Positions 1 through 15,469 of a stretch of 64,000 bases of DNA are shown here, piece after piece. Position 1 is the stretch's first letter. Each line of letters opens with the position of its first letter. A program made the translations under genes and the position numbers. The notes below the pieces were generated by a model, which had not been told where the DNA came from, did no database searches, and was given only the letters and a program-made list of their open reading frames with translations. The DNA comes from Octopus vulgaris (lineage: Eukaryota): the NCBI GenBank assembly GCA_951406725.2, contig OX597833.1, positions 34,720,001-34,784,000 on the forward strand. Reading direction: 5' to 3'.

Positions 1-3
1 ATC

Positions 4-76
4 ATGTCATGGCAACAGTTTGCATCCACCCTGCTAATAACAGTTTTGTTTGTTTCCACTCAAGTTAAATTGTCAG
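4..76 (+). CDS. HYOU1: HYOU1 coding exon 1 (signal peptide [24 protein letters not shown])
   Basis: ATG at 4, hydrophobic leader, phase-1 donor G|gtaaaa joins exon 2 in frame ([11 protein letters not shown]). Confidence 0.8.
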
Positions 77-3000
77 GTAAAATATCTCAACCTAATTCTT
101 TTGGGAATTATTTTTTTTTATATACCCAGGCCTATTCCCCCTTTTTTTTTGGAGTGGGTAACCACAAGACACACACCAAGCATTCCATTCATTTCCCTGC
201 TCAAAGAGGCAAGCCCTGTTCTATGCTCGGGTCAAGGCATAGAACGCAACCCTTGATAACAGCAGCAGAGCACAACAGCATATGCCGGTTTACCCCTGCC
301 GCATCATATGCTGGTTCTGTACCCCTTTGAGCAACATCAATTCACTCATCCATCCACAAACACTCTCCAAGCTTTCCTATCATTTATAAACTCTCTTGCC
401 TCTCTCACTCCAACACCTCTAACCACCAAAGCTTTCCTTACTCCATCCATCCACACAGACCGAGGTCTGCTGCCTACCACTTCTGCCTTCATCCTCCTCC
501 TTACCATCCACTCCTCATCCATCTTCTCCATGTGACTAAATCACATCAACATTTGTCTATCCATTCTGGTTGTTAGATTTTCTTTCATGCCTGCTCACCT
601 TCTCATTCTGTCTATATGTGTCACACCAGCCATAGCTTTCAAACATCTCATCTCAAACACATCTAGTCACCTCCTTTCTGCCTCTCTCAGAACCTACATC
701 TCTGTACCGTATAACATTGTTGGCACAATCATGCCCTCATACACACCTCTTTTCACTTTCATACTCAACCTTTTATCTCTCAGCATACCTTTCACAACTC
801 CACGTAGCTAATTACCTTTCCTCGCTCTATCTCCCACTTCCTCACCCATCTCCTCCATCTGCTGTCACATGTGATTCCAGATACTTAAAAACTCTTACCT
901 CCTCTAACATTTCACCATTTATACTCACATTCATCCTACCAACCATTCTATCTTTCAAACATCTCATCACCTTACTCTTAGCTATATTCACTTTGTTTCC
1001 TCCTCTCACACACTCTTCCAGACTCGCCTGCCATTTTTCTCCATTTTCTCCCATCATTTGGGCTTCCCTACCAAAGGTTCTAGCATTCACCTCTCTCACT
1101 ACACCATATATAGATTAAACAGCCATAAAGACATTACACAACCCTGTCTTAACCCCACTCTCACATCAAACCACTCACTCACTTCACCACCCACCCTAAC
1201 GCATGCCCTACTTTCTCCATGAAAACTCTGTACAGCTCTCAACAATCTACCATCCACTCCATACAGCTGCAACATTTGCCACATTGCATCTCTATCCACA
1301 CAGTCATATGCCTTTTAGTAATAAGAAATTTAAATTACAACATCAATAAAGATTATGGAATCTTTTGCCTTAAATAGATGGAAGGTCAGGTCTTGTATTG
1401 TTTTGTATATGTGGGTTGTATCATCATTTAATGTCCATTTTCAGTGTTGGTATGGGTTGGATGGTTTACCAGGAGCTGTCCAGCTGATGAGCTGCCTGGG
1501 CTCTGTCTGTTTTGACATGATTTCTATGGCTAGATGCTATTCATAATGCCAACTACTTTACTGAGTATACTGAGTGCTTTCATGCAGCACCAGCACGAGC
1601 GCTTTTATGTGGCACCAACACTCACAAACCCACAAGATTAAGATCGCTCAGCTGAAGAGGGATGTATGGGATATGCATGTGCACAAGGACAACCACAGTT
1701 TTACTTAGTTTGGCATGTATTCTCAAGTACAGCAAACTATCAGATGTTTCTGTCCCTTGTCATCACCTCTGTGAAGCCCAACATCTGAAGATCTTTTCTC
1801 CCCACTTTGTCCCATTATTTTTTCAAACATTTTTCTCATTTTCTACAACTGGATGGTCTTCCAGTCTACCAACCCATACCTTTTTCCAAGTAAGATATTT
1901 TTCTATTCTACTAGCACCTTACAGGTAAGGTTCATTTTCATTCCACTAGAAACAAAACTTTTTGATTATTAGAGATTGTAAACAACCATTTTCACTCAAA
2001 TGGTGCTCCAACATGACTGCAGCTGCATGGCTGAAATGAGTAAAAGAGTAATAATGTTACATTTTCAATTCTCTGAAACTTTTATACTAAAGGAAGTTTC
2101 AACAATAAATTCAGATATATGATGATTGAATGAGGTGGTTACTTTTGTACCATAAGAGTGAATAGTCACAGCTAATAGCAGTGTCCTGACTGCTGCTTAC
2201 TATTTCAAAAAACTGTGAAGTCAGTTCCTTTAGAAATTACCAAATGATTCTGTATTCTGGATCTTGATCTATCATATTTGTTTTAGAAAATACCAGAAAG
2301 GCAAGATAGTGATTTACTTGAAAAAGTAGCTCTCTTGGATCTTAGCTTGAAATGTGATGACTTGTAGTATCAGTTCTCTTTAGTTGTGCTTATGTAAAAT
2401 AGATGGAAGTCAGTAGGATATTAATCTATTACTTCAATAGAATCATTTTTTATTTTCTATATGTAAAGCTGAAGCAAATATAGTTAAACATGGTGAAAAG
2501 TCTTGCAATTCAGTTTGAAAATTTGCCTGCTAAATCTACCATTTTTTTAAAAAGTACCATTACACAATATTGCAGACTTTTCTTAAACTGTTTTCAATAA
2601 TAATAACAATAACTAGCAGTACCTGTGAAAATCTCACGATAAATACAAAATTTTTTAGATGGTTGCAAGTTTATAGAGAATAATAAAACTTAGTGTTTCT
2701 TTTGAAATTGTATATTCTGCATTATTTTCATAAGAGAAAACCTTTCAGTTCTTCAGGAAAGGTTGTAATTTAGGGAGCATGACTTTCCCAATCTTTCAGC
2801 AGTTCAGAGGTTCAATTATAAATCTGAGCTTCACAAATGATTACAGAGAATATTCATGTTACCAATGTTGTAACTTTTAACCATATGTTTACAGTCTTTC
2901 TGACATTCTCTTTCATTTTCTATTCTATTTCGAACACATTCTCTTATCTGTTGTAAATACTAACTGTATTTTCTTTGATATTTTTTCCTCATATACACTG

Positions 3001-5047
3001 CTGCTCACATGCTTGTTCTAGTGATTCAACCCACTGCTTCTCTTTACATCATTACCTATACCATCTCATTCTTTCTATTATTAGCTTACATCATCTGTGA
3101 TCCATATTTTATAAACAAATATCAATGTTCAAGTTAGCAGTTGATAAATAATTGCACTTATGCACATGTATTAAGTGATAGGCGATATAAAAAATTTATT
3201 TCAAATAAAAAATAAATACATTTTCACTAGCCACTCATCACGGTCACTTCCATCACCTTCCTCATCACCACCACCATTATAGTTTTCAATAACAAAGTTC
3301 AGTCTAAGTTGTTTCTCAACCAAGATTATTTTCATTTCATTTCAGTTCAGTTGTTTGTTTATATCCATTTTTCTTGCCCTTCATGTATCTAACTAGTCTG
3401 ACAATACAAAGTTTGAATAATTTTTTAAAAAAATATTTAAAAATGAAATAATATCCATAACTATTTTGCTAAGCTATTTCATTTTCATTGATCTATAAGC
3501 TTATTATTATATCTACTATAAGCTTTCTTTCCACCGTCCATCCAATGATGTATTTGTCAATTGTAACATTATTTTCTTGTCAGTCACAATAATATATAAT
3601 GTTTAAAATTTCCCTCTGCTAAGCATTTTATATTTTTCTCTCTACCTCTAACTTCAATAAACTTTTTAACCATGTCATTCCATTCTTCATGTCCTCATTC
3701 CTCTTCACCTCTCATGTCCACTAACCACATGACAGTGCAATGACATTGGCTGGCATAACATCACTACTCTCATTTTGTCTGCATTCCATTCTTAATATAA
3801 CTGCCCTCCCCTCTGAGAGAGAGCATTTCTTTAACCTCACCACCAGAACATCACCCTTCTGCTAAACATTGAATTTCTAATTATTTCTCTATATCTCTCC
3901 CGTCAACTAACTTTTTAACCACATTATAACTATTACTTTCCTCCTACCTCACGTTGTTAACACCTCTCTCTCTCTTTTTCTCTTGCTCTTCACCTCTCCC
4001 TTCAACTAACCATGTGACAGTGTAATGCATTTGGATTTAGCATATTAATATATAGATGTTTCACTTAGGTGCAAGAGTATTTTATGAATAATAATTTCAA
4101 TTATTGAATCCTAGTGGAAGTCAGATACAATCAATTCTGACAGGACAACAACAAACTAAGTATCAAACTAAGCAATTTCACCCTTGAGTCAACAGGGAGC
4201 TTCATGATTGATCATCCTGCTAGAAATAGCACCCCTTAAATCATATCCTACCATCTTGAAATGGGAAAAAACACTTCATAATATCATTCTAGATACACTG
4301 TATGAAGACAAATAGTTATGATAGTCACTGTTATGTGTTTGATCATTGGTGTATTAGATTAGTGATCTGGGCTGAACAATTTCTTTCTAACTTTCAATAA
4401 TAATTTTAGTGTTGGTGTCACTTGTGGTCATATAACATTTACTATACTGAAATTTTCAGTTTGTTTTTTTTTTCTTACATTTGTTTCTTTTTTTTTTTTT
4501 GCTATGTGAAAGATTTCATCTCTATTTTTCATATATAAAGTTGCTTACAGAGATGTATTGCTATTCTTGTTAGTACACCAGTATATTTGATGGCTTCAAT
4601 ATGGAAGGATTTCATTTCAGTACTATAAGCTGTTGGTAGTAATGTATTATACCTCCTATGCTACCTACCTATTTACATCTATCCATTGAATGGTTAAGTG
4701 TCTGCTACAGACATTGACAGTTAAATGTCTTCTACAGATAATATATCATTTGTATTACTATATATTAATATATATCACTATACAGTAATGCTCAGGTTTT
4801 CGATGTGAAATCAGTTCTGTAATCAAGTCACACAGTGGGGACAATTTTTTACACTATACTTGTTAAGCAAAAACCTAGTTCATATTGGTTATTAATCTAT
4901 TTTAAAAATAATTTCTGTATTTTTGTCAAACTAGTGACAAAATTTGATTTTCCTTCTTTTATAGAGAGCTTTGCTGTGATGTCTGTAGATCTGGGCTCCA
5001 ATTTCATGAAGATTGGAATTGTAAAGGTATGGCTAGAAAACAGATTT

Positions 5048-5090
<43 letters not shown>

Positions 5091-8000
5091 GATGTAGACA
5101 AAAGAGAAGTAAAAACGAGAGTATGGGAGAAAAAGAATACAATAGCTAAAAAGAAGTAATGTAATATATAAAATAAAGAAAGGATCTATTGTATTGATTA
5201 CTGAAAGATTTTCACACAGGTGACTTGGTGGAAATCGAGTGCTTTTTTTTTTGTGTGTATTGTAATCATTTACATGTTGACTTTTACATGCATGCATGCA
5301 TTGGTCAGACTATAATTTTATACATAATGTTTTTTTAGTGAAAGTAGCTTCTTTATTTTTATACATGGAGATTTTTATTATCAAATGATATTTTTATCCA
5401 AAAATGTAGTTCATGTATATCAATTCTCACCAAATCACTTGTGTGAAAATCATTATTGTTAAGCAAACACTACAATAAACTCTTGCTTTTCTTTTATAAA
5501 TATGTTACTTCTTTTTAACTATGATATTCTTCTCCCTTATTCCCCTTTTTTCCTTCTCACTTTGTGTGTAGTTTGCACTATGTGTGTGTTATCTATAGTC
5601 TACATTTTTCTTTCTGTGTCGATTTGTTGATCACTCTCATGCACATATTTATAATTTCAATTTGAAATTTATTTTCTTTTTTGTTTCAGCCAGGAGTACC
5701 CATGGAAATAGTATTAAATCTGTAAGGCCATTTTTTTTTATGACTTGTACATAACTTGTAAACAAACTAAATTATTATTATCAATACAGTTAATGATTTT
5801 ATTATATGTATTTTTTTCTTTAAATTCTTTGAATTATTTTCTTGTTGTATACTTTCTGACTGTAAGCATTTTTCATAGTTATTTGTAAATGTCTTTCTTA
5901 CAGAGAATCCAAAAGAACAACTGCAACGATTATTGCCTTTAAAGGAGAAGAGAGACAATTTTCTGATTTGGCTTTATCAACAGTAAGATCCTGCTTTTGA
6001 TTTTCATGTACTCTCTCTTGCTGAGAACTGTGTGAACTTTATGAGTTTGGGGATTAACCAGACCAAGAAGTTTAGAAGCTAAATTTTTACTGTTCCAATC
6101 CATTATAGGTTTGATAATGACCTTCTGTTAGTGATTTTAGGTTAAAAGCAACAATGCACAAATTTAATTGTGAAAACCTAAAGATTCCTTTGAAGGATGG
6201 AGTAGAGCAAATTGTTGTGGATCCAGATAGAATTAGGGGAAGGTGGAGATTTGAAAAAGTTGTTAAATGTCAGGAGGAAATGGAATAGCAACTAAAAGAT
6301 TCCTTGTGAAGTGATGACATGGGCATTGAGATAGTTAAGTGTGGAGGAATGGTTAGCTAACATTAATGATGTGGATATAAGAGGGAAAGCACTCAGTTGT
6401 AAGAATGAAGGACAAGAACAGTGACGAGTTTGGAATGCATCAAGATTCTGTTTTAAGCCTTCTATTCTGTAGTTCTGACAGAGATGTTGACATGAATATA
6501 AAAGGTTTACCATGAGAGTTGCTGTACACAGGATCTGGTATTAATAGCAGACAGTAGGGATGGATGGGAGAGAAAATATGGAGGTAAAAGGTAAGAAGAA
6601 GTATGTGGTGAAGTGGAAAGTAGCTGGAAGTGACTGTGTGCAGAATGACTGTTGGAGTAAATATACAATAATTTCTTGGTTTGTTTATTGAAAATGTAGT
6701 AGTGTGACAACTGCACTTAAGTGGATGTTGTGAAGAGAAATGGGGTGAGAAGGCTGAAGAAAGAGGAGTGACTGAGTGAGGGGACTAATGGAAATAAATG
6801 TGGAATGCAATTAAAGATTGAGAAAGACATAGCCAATGATGATGGAAGAGGAAATGAGGATAAGGGGATTGCTGGGAGATGGCAGGCAGACCAAAATGGA
6901 GAAAGCTTTCTATTGTTCTTCATTCATAGTTGTACATTTCTTTCATTGTGGCTTCCTGTTCATATTTGATATAACTGTTGTAGGCAGTGTTAACCAGCTT
7001 ATATATAAAACCTTTCCTAATAACAAGGAAGTTTTTACTAGTTTTCATAATTACTACACAGAACTGAGTGTGTCTATTTTTATTGTTATTTAAAAAAAAT
7101 TATCCATGAGAACAGGAGCAGGACATATGACTGTTGATGTGACTGATTCCCATTTTGAATATTTGCAGGATAAATATGGCAGGAGAGCTAAAAGATACAA
7201 GTATATAGAGGCAACAAGGTCTAAAATACATTATCATGTAGTCTATTTATCAAAACCTTAACCATACAATGCCAAAGAAATTAAAATTGAAGTAGAAACT
7301 TGTCTATAAGATAAACAGATGATAGAAAATAACTACAGTATTTTGTGCCCTTTTAAAAGCTTGATATCTTATTTGTAAAAATAGTCTCTATCTGAAATTT
7401 CAATGACCTGACTTTTAACACTTTTTTTCTTTTTTGTAGCGAGTAAAAATGCCTGTAAATGCTTATATTTACTTAATGGACATTGTTGGGAAACAATTTG
7501 ATGACCCTGCTGTGAAGCTTTATCAGGAACGTTTCCCTTTCTATACGCTAGTTAAAGATGAAGAAAGAGGTACTGTTATCTTCAAAGTAGATGAGTAAGT
7601 GTTCAATTTTGTTTTTTCTGTGTGTGTTTTTGTCATTGTTTTAATATTCATTTCATCAATGTGGTATAAGCTTGGTTGGTTTGTAATATAGTGTTTATCT
7701 ATACATCTTGTAAAATCCAGTATTTTCCAAATGAATTCATCTGAAGTGTTTTCTCTCACTTGAAACAATTTCATTTAGTTCAGAGCCTGGGGCTAAATTA
7801 CAACCACCTGCATTCTGTCACTTCTGCTACTTCACATTTCCTTAATTTGTGTATTAACTATACACAAGGTGAGAATTATGCTGACCATTCAGTATTATTG
7901 TTGTGCAAATATTAGATTTAACACAAATCTGTTGCCAAATGATTTTGATAGTGATCAGCTGTCAGAATGTCAGCCTTCCTACTGTGAGAAATGTCTAGTA

Positions 8001-11000
8001 CTAGTTTGGTTATTTAAATTGTAACATTGTGTGTCCATGTCTAGTATGTTATCTGTTCATCTATTATATAACACTATTATGTCTATATTTGTAGATTTTG
8101 GTAAGGCATTTCATTACTCTATTAAAACTTACAATTTTCATTTCAGTGGAATCATCATCATTACTTGAATAACACATTCAAATTGATATTTTTTAATTAT
8201 AATCAGCTCACCCACTGCCCATTATCTACATGGCTGCTCATTTAAAAAGCATCTCTCGAATGGTTGTAACTTGAATTATTGTTTTTATTTTGTATAGGGA
8301 AACTTCTTACAGTACTGAAGAACTTCTTGGTATGCTGCTAGAATATTGCAAACAGTTGGCAGAAAATTTTGCAGGTATTTAACATTTTGTTTTTTACTTC
8401 CTTTTCATCAGTGATGTAAATTTTAATTTTTATAACCTACTAATAATCACAGGTGCTGTGTCAGCTAGCAAATCTATAACCCACACTTAAATTCCAGTAG
8501 AATCATCTATGTTACTAATGTCCTTGAGATAAACATGAATGTTACAATAACTCCATTTCATAATTCTTTGAATATGAAGTTTGGGATATTTCTATGAAAG
8601 AAATCTTGTTTTAATTCTCACTGCAAGGACAACAAATGCTTGGATAATAATTACAGATTAATCTCACGCGAAGTGATTCTTTTTGTAATGGAGACATCAT
8701 AAGGAGATCATTACAACAAATATTGTTAACCAGATCATGTCAGTCTAGCCTATGATTAACCTTAACTTAGCAAGTCATTATATACTTGCATGAAGTTAGT
8801 CTCTCAGTGAGGCTGAGTTCAAACTAATTATTTAATTAAATACCTGGAAGAAGACTAGATGACTAAACATTTTACTTTTTTGCTTCTTAATGAATTACCT
8901 TTAACTTCAGGAGAAGGATCAATATTTTTCTAGGTATGAAAGGCCTCATAAGATATTTCCTTGGTCTCTTGATTCAGGAGTCTGAAACCTCCCAAAATTA
9001 CCTAGATGTAGCTCTTGTACTTGCTTCAGTTCTTTTCTCACAGAATAAGTACTTTTCTTGTTTGTTTCATTGAGATAGGTTGCCAACTGCAAAATTATAT
9101 GGGCTGACATTTGACATGAGTTGGGAAAATATTCCAACCTATGGTGATAAGAAAAGCAAAAGTTTGTGCCATAGATTTTTTTATAAATAGTTCAATTGTG
9201 AGATGGTGTCAGTTTTGGAAATAATTTGGCACTGCACTTTTGCTCTTTATTTGTCATGATATCTGTGTGTGTATATTATGTTTAGACCCAGGTCTGTCCT
9301 CATTAAACATACCTGTTAATGAAAAGCATTTCAGCAGTGACCATCTCATCATTTTCTGTGTGTAATACATTTAAATATACACTAATGAAGAAATGAGGGT
9401 TTGGTTACTGTAAAACTTCACTATTTCTTATTCTTATTTGAGTAAAATCTAACTCATATATCACAAGCACTTAATATGCTGAAGACTATGTACAACAGAA
9501 TATTCTTACATATCATGAAAAATATTTAAAAAACACATTTAAAGTCTTCTCATTATCAATCTATCACTGAAAGGCAGTTAAGGATCAGGTTAATGCAGAA
9601 TCAAACTATACAAAAGAATCCTTTAATTCATTAAAAACTGGTGGGGTTGTTGGCTGAGGAAGTGTGCTGACAATGTTATATGAGGGCTGAGAGAGGCAGA
9701 AAGGGGACTAGATGTGTTTGAGGACTATGGTTGGTGTGACACATGGACAGGATGAGGAATGAGGAGGTGCAATGGTGAACAGGAATGAGAGAAAAACTAA
9801 CAACCAAAATGGATAGATGAATGTTGAGGTTGTTTGACCACATGAAGAGGATGGATGAGGAGTGGATGGTAAGGAGGGTGATGAAGGCAGAAGTGATAGG
9901 CAGCAGAACCAGAGGCAGACCTCAGTTTGTGTGAATGGATGGAGTGAAGAAAGCTTTGGTGGTTAGAGGTGTTGGAGTGAGAGAGGCAAGAGAGTTCATA
10001 AATGATAGGAAAGCTTGGAGAGTGTTTGTGGATGGATGAGTGAATTTGATGTTAATCAAGGGGCATGATGTGATGGGGGTAAACTAGCATATGGTAAGGT
10101 AAGATTAGAGAACCATTATGGTTACTGTTGAGGGCTCATCTGTACTGGATATTACCCATTATCCACATCGATAGCTCATGCCTGTCTTGTCAAGCACTCT
10201 ATGGAGCACTTTCTAGACACCAATAAAGACAGATGAATGCAATATTAAATATAGGTTTAAAGCATTGTGCTAGCTATGCAAGAGAGCTGGAGTCTTGTGC
10301 TAGAGATAATTAAGTGGCATGTTATGAATGAAAAAAACCTTGATATTCCGTGAGAAAAATTGATACAGGATAATCACAAGTGTTAGAGAACACGGGTTAA
10401 CTTCTTTGTTTACACCATCTGTGACTACTGCATGTTTGCAGTGCCTTTGGGTATGTGTCTAAAGGATTTGGTTTGCTAGTCACATGCAGGTCAACAATGG
10501 ACAATTGTGTTAGATGATATCATCAGATAATGATCTGCTAAAATATGAATCTATTTATTTTTCCAGAACAAAATATCAAGGATGTTGTGGTGACAGTGCC
10601 CACACACTTCAACCAGGCAGAACGTAACTCAGTCAAGGAAGCTGTTCACATCGGTGGCCTTAATTTATTACAACTGATGAGTGTGAATGCTGCAGGTATC
10701 TACCCTGATGTTTTTTTTTTTTCCTAATTTCACTGAGAATCAACATTTATTTTTAGCATACTTTGTCACTAGTTACTGTAAGGCTTTGTTTTTGGCCACT
10801 TTGTTAATTATTCTGAGAACAATATCTCTTATTGATTATTATTATGTATGATGGCTAGCTACCCTAAATAGTTTTTAAAACTTTTGATATAGACCTTCGT
10901 CTGAATACTTACTACTTTGATGTAGTGTTCTTATTGTTTGCTACTTTGTCATACATGTTGGTTAAAGACTCAATTTATTATAGTTTATTATTAGCAGATA

Positions 11001-14000
11001 TGATGGAATCCTACATTCATATTCTCTTGTAGACAAACGTGATAAATTACATATAGTATATTCTGTGTGTTTATAATCAATATTCTTAATGACATTTACT
11101 CTGAAATTTATTTTATACATTTGTCATCATCATCATTTAACGTTCGTTTTCCATGCTGACATGGGTTGGATGGTTTGACTGGGGACTGGCAAGCCAGGAA
11201 GTTGCACCAGGCTCCAATATGATCTGGCAATGTTTCTACAGCTGGATGCCCATCCTAACACCAACCACTCCAAGAGTGTAGTGGGTGCTTTTTACGTGCC
11301 ACCAACATAGGAGCCAGTTGGGGTGGGGGTGCTGGCATCGACCACATTTGGACGGTGCTTTTTACTTGAGCCAGTCAGGCGGCACTGGCAACAACCCACA
11401 CATGAATGGTGCTTATTGCTTACCACCAGCACGAGAGCCAGTCAGGTGCACTGGTATTGGCCACAACTACCATTTCCATTTTTGATTGTGATTTGATTTT
11501 TGATTTTAGATTTTACTTGACTCAGTAGGTCTCCTCAAGCACAGTGTGTTGCCCGACAATTCAAAGGTACTTTTTAAATGGGTTAGTTATGTGACACTGG
11601 TATAGGCTACAGCTGTGATCTCACTTGACTTGTCGGGTCTTCTCAATCACAGCATATCTCCAGAAGTCTCGGTCTCTTGTCATCACCTCTGTGAGGCTCA
11701 ACATTCGAAGATCATGCTTCACCACATCATCCCATGTCTTCCTGGGTCTCCCTCTTCCACAGGTTCCTTCCACTGTTAGGGAGTGACATTTCTTTACACA
11801 GCTCTCCTCACCCATATGCAGCACAGTTATCTCTCTTGCACACCACATCTGATGCTTCTTACGGTCCAACATTTCTCTCAGGGCACTTACACTCTTGTGT
11901 GTGCACACTGACATTACACATCCAGGGGATCGTACTAGCTTCATTTCTTTCAAGCCTACACATGTCTTCAGCAGTTGTGGCCCATGTTTCACTGCCGTGT
12001 AGCATGGCAGTTCGCACATGTGCATCATACAGTCTACCTTTCACACTGAGAAGCCTTTTGTTACCAGTATAGGTAGGAGCTATCTGAACTTTGCCCAGGC
12101 TATTCTTATTCTAGTGGCAACATTCTCTGAGCATCCACCACCCCACTCCAGACTTGGTCACCTAGGTAGCAGAAGCTAACAACTACTTCTAGTTTCTCCC
12201 CCTGACATGTGATGGAATCCATTTTCTGAGCATCTGCAGTGTTATTTTGCCCCTGTGCATCTGCTGCACACAAAAGCTATCATCCTGGTTAACGTTCCTT
12301 TGATGTTGCTGCACCTCTTATGTGTCCATAGCTTACACTGGGTACATCTTATGGAATTTTGACCTACACCTTTTCTACAGATTGAGCAGGGCCATCTATC
12401 TACCTGAAGGCGTTTGTGATTTGTTCACCTTCCTACTTACTAGGACTTTGGTTTTTGAAACATTGACTCTAAGGCCCTTCGATTCTAAACCTTGCTTCCA
12501 CACCTGAAATTTCTTCTCTAGTTCTGGTAGTGATTCTGCTATGAGAGCAAGGTCATCAGCATAGAGGAGCTCCCAAGGGCATCCTGTTTTGAATTCCTTT
12601 GTTGTTGCCTGGAGGACTATGATGAATAAGCGGGGGCTAAGGGCTGATCCTTGGTGAATCCCTACTTCTACCCGATATAAAAGTAATTTCATGGGTAGAT
12701 GCTTCTATAGTTATTTAAAAATTTAGGTACCTTAAAGTTTTACTGTCAACAAACTTGGTTATTGAAAATTATTTTATACTATTCATTTTTTAACTAATTT
12801 TTTATTGTAGTTATGTTTAGAGATTCTATTAAGGTTTCTAAAGTTGTGATTTTGCAAATGTTTATACTTTTGATGACAATAATTTATCATTTGTAGTTGC
12901 CTTGAATTATGGAGTATTCCGTAGGAAGGATTTCAGCAACAAACCACAATACATTATATTTTATGATATGGGAGCCAGCTCCACAACTGCCAGTGTCGTT
13001 GGTGAGTTAAGTTTTTTTGTTTTATTTTGTTTTTGAAAACAACAAATTTAGTAGCTTTTAACACAACAGTGACAAATAGCATTGATGGTTTCAGGGAATG
13101 TTTAAGTATTTAGGCCCACAACAAAACACCGTTATTGTTATCATTTTATGCTTTCTTTCCATGCTGATATGGGTTGAAAGGATCATTTTAGCTTTCTTAA
13201 ATGTGTTCAGCATGAGGACCACATTTTGCTTGTGAACTTTATTTTTGGTTTGTTTTCTATGACCTTTCTAACACCAACTACTATACAGAGTGTATTGAGT
13301 GCTTTTTAAAGTGGCACCAGTGCTAGGGAAGACGGGGATGTGAGTGTAATGGATAGCAAGGGCTGGATAAATGGTGAAAGATAACAATGAGGCACATGTC
13401 AGTCTGTTAAAGTCTATATAACCTCTAGATGGTGAGAGAACTGGAGTGATGAGGATAAGAAAGGGAGGAATGTTGTTTTGGAGTTGAGGGTTGGGTAGAT
13501 CCTCTGCCAACTTTAGTTACAAGGAAACCTATCTGACTCTCTCAACAACACTCCAGATTATATTGCAAAATATTCATGGTAACCCTTCAAAATATAGCAA
13601 TATTTGCTATTACTATCTTCATGTTTTGTTGTGCATTTGATATAATTCATTGCACCTCAGTTTCAGTGATCAGGTCATAGATATATGACCTAAAGTTGTA
13701 TTATTTCATAGTATATAATACTATTAACCCTGTTGTACCATGATATACCTTAGGGTCAGTTTGACCCCCATCATTAAAAATGCATTTAGATACTAGAAAA
13801 TATGATTTTCATGAATTAATTTGTAAATAAGAGACAAAATTATTAGTAGTTGATAAGAGGAAGCATTAGCAAGCAAGTTTGGATATAAGAAGTGTAGAGA
13901 TTATCTACTTTTGTTGATAAGACACCCTCTTACTCCACACAAAAGGAAAATAGTATGATGCTAATATCTGGCATTAGATTTTGAGTGGTTGTGACACAAG

Positions 14001-15432
14001 ATTTACAGTGACTGGAGAGGTGCAGTAATATTGGAATTGATGAAAGGGACTTGAATGCATCCAAACTAGTGAGAAAGTAACTGTATAAGGAATTCTGCCC
14101 TATTAAAGACACAAATAATAATGTGTAATGAACTTCTATGACTTATATTGGTGATCTCAAACATATTTCAATGCATTTACTTATACTTTCTAGGACACTG
14201 AAATATTTTAATGCATTTACTCTTATTTTCCAGGATACGTACTTAGTCAAAGCAAAGAAGATACCCGTGATATTAACCCACAACTGACCATACATGGAGT
14301 AGCGTAAGTTGCTTGGTAACTTTTATTCTTATAAGTTTGTGTTTAATTATTGCTAAAGCCATTTTAAATTTCAATACAGCTAAATCTAAGAGTTGTGCTT
14401 AGGAAAAGTCTACCCCAGTGAGATTTTCACTTACAGCAGAGGAGCATTGTGATAAGGAATTTAAAGAATTTATGGAATGCTTTTATTGTGTCCAGGGAGA
14501 GTCATTACACCACAATGTTTCAATGCACAAATTCACATAAAGAATCTTTTAAACCAAATACAAAAACAAAGTGGCCTGCTTTTAATTATCCTGCATTGCT
14601 CTGAAGTTCTTTCTGAGTATGTCGCTAAGAAAATATAGTTATGTTTGTCTCCATTCTTCTGTTCTTTGTCTGAATACCCCTCTTCATTAACATTTACCAA
14701 AGAGACTTTTCTATATAGTTTCTCAGATTTTTTTTAGCTACTATCCTCTGCTTTCTTTAATATGTATTATCACTCATAAAACAGTTAATGGAAAAAGCTA
14801 TACAAATATACAAACATTTATTTGGATAGACCCCCCCCCCAACAATGTTAACACCATCTCTTATTATAAAAGGCAGATTTTATCTGCCTCCCTTTGGGAG
14901 TTATAGAAATCTACAATATAGGATTTCTTCAATTACAATTTACCTAGCATTTTTAAGAGTACAATGCATCGCGTCATGCCAGGTCCAGTTTTTAAAATTT
15001 AAACTCCAATTAAGCAAAATTTACAGAAAACTCACATTCTGGTGTGTGTGTCAAATGCTTTTCTTAGTCTGGTTTACACCACACGCAAACGCACACACAC
15101 AGTGTGCGACGAATAAAGTGAAACTAGATGTAATATTTGTTTCTGTCTATCACGCTGATAGATACATGAGTAAAATGTATGGGAAGCTAACACATAAGAG
15201 TGAGTGAAAATGTTCTTGGAAGAGAGTAAATAGCCAGAGAGAGTGATTTGAGGAAGACTTTACATTAAATAACCGTAGTGGCTTGTGTTAGTAATAAAGT
15301 AAACATACACTCGTACATACATACATACATACATACATACACACACACATACACACACACATACACACACACATACATACACACACATACATACATACAT
15401 ATACATACATACATACATATACATACATACAT

Positions 15433-15469
<37 letters not shown>

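Noticed and set aside
77-330. Remainder of the 108-aa ORF 4..330
   Set aside because: Only 4-76 is exonic; the rest is intron 1 read-through into an RTE 3' end.
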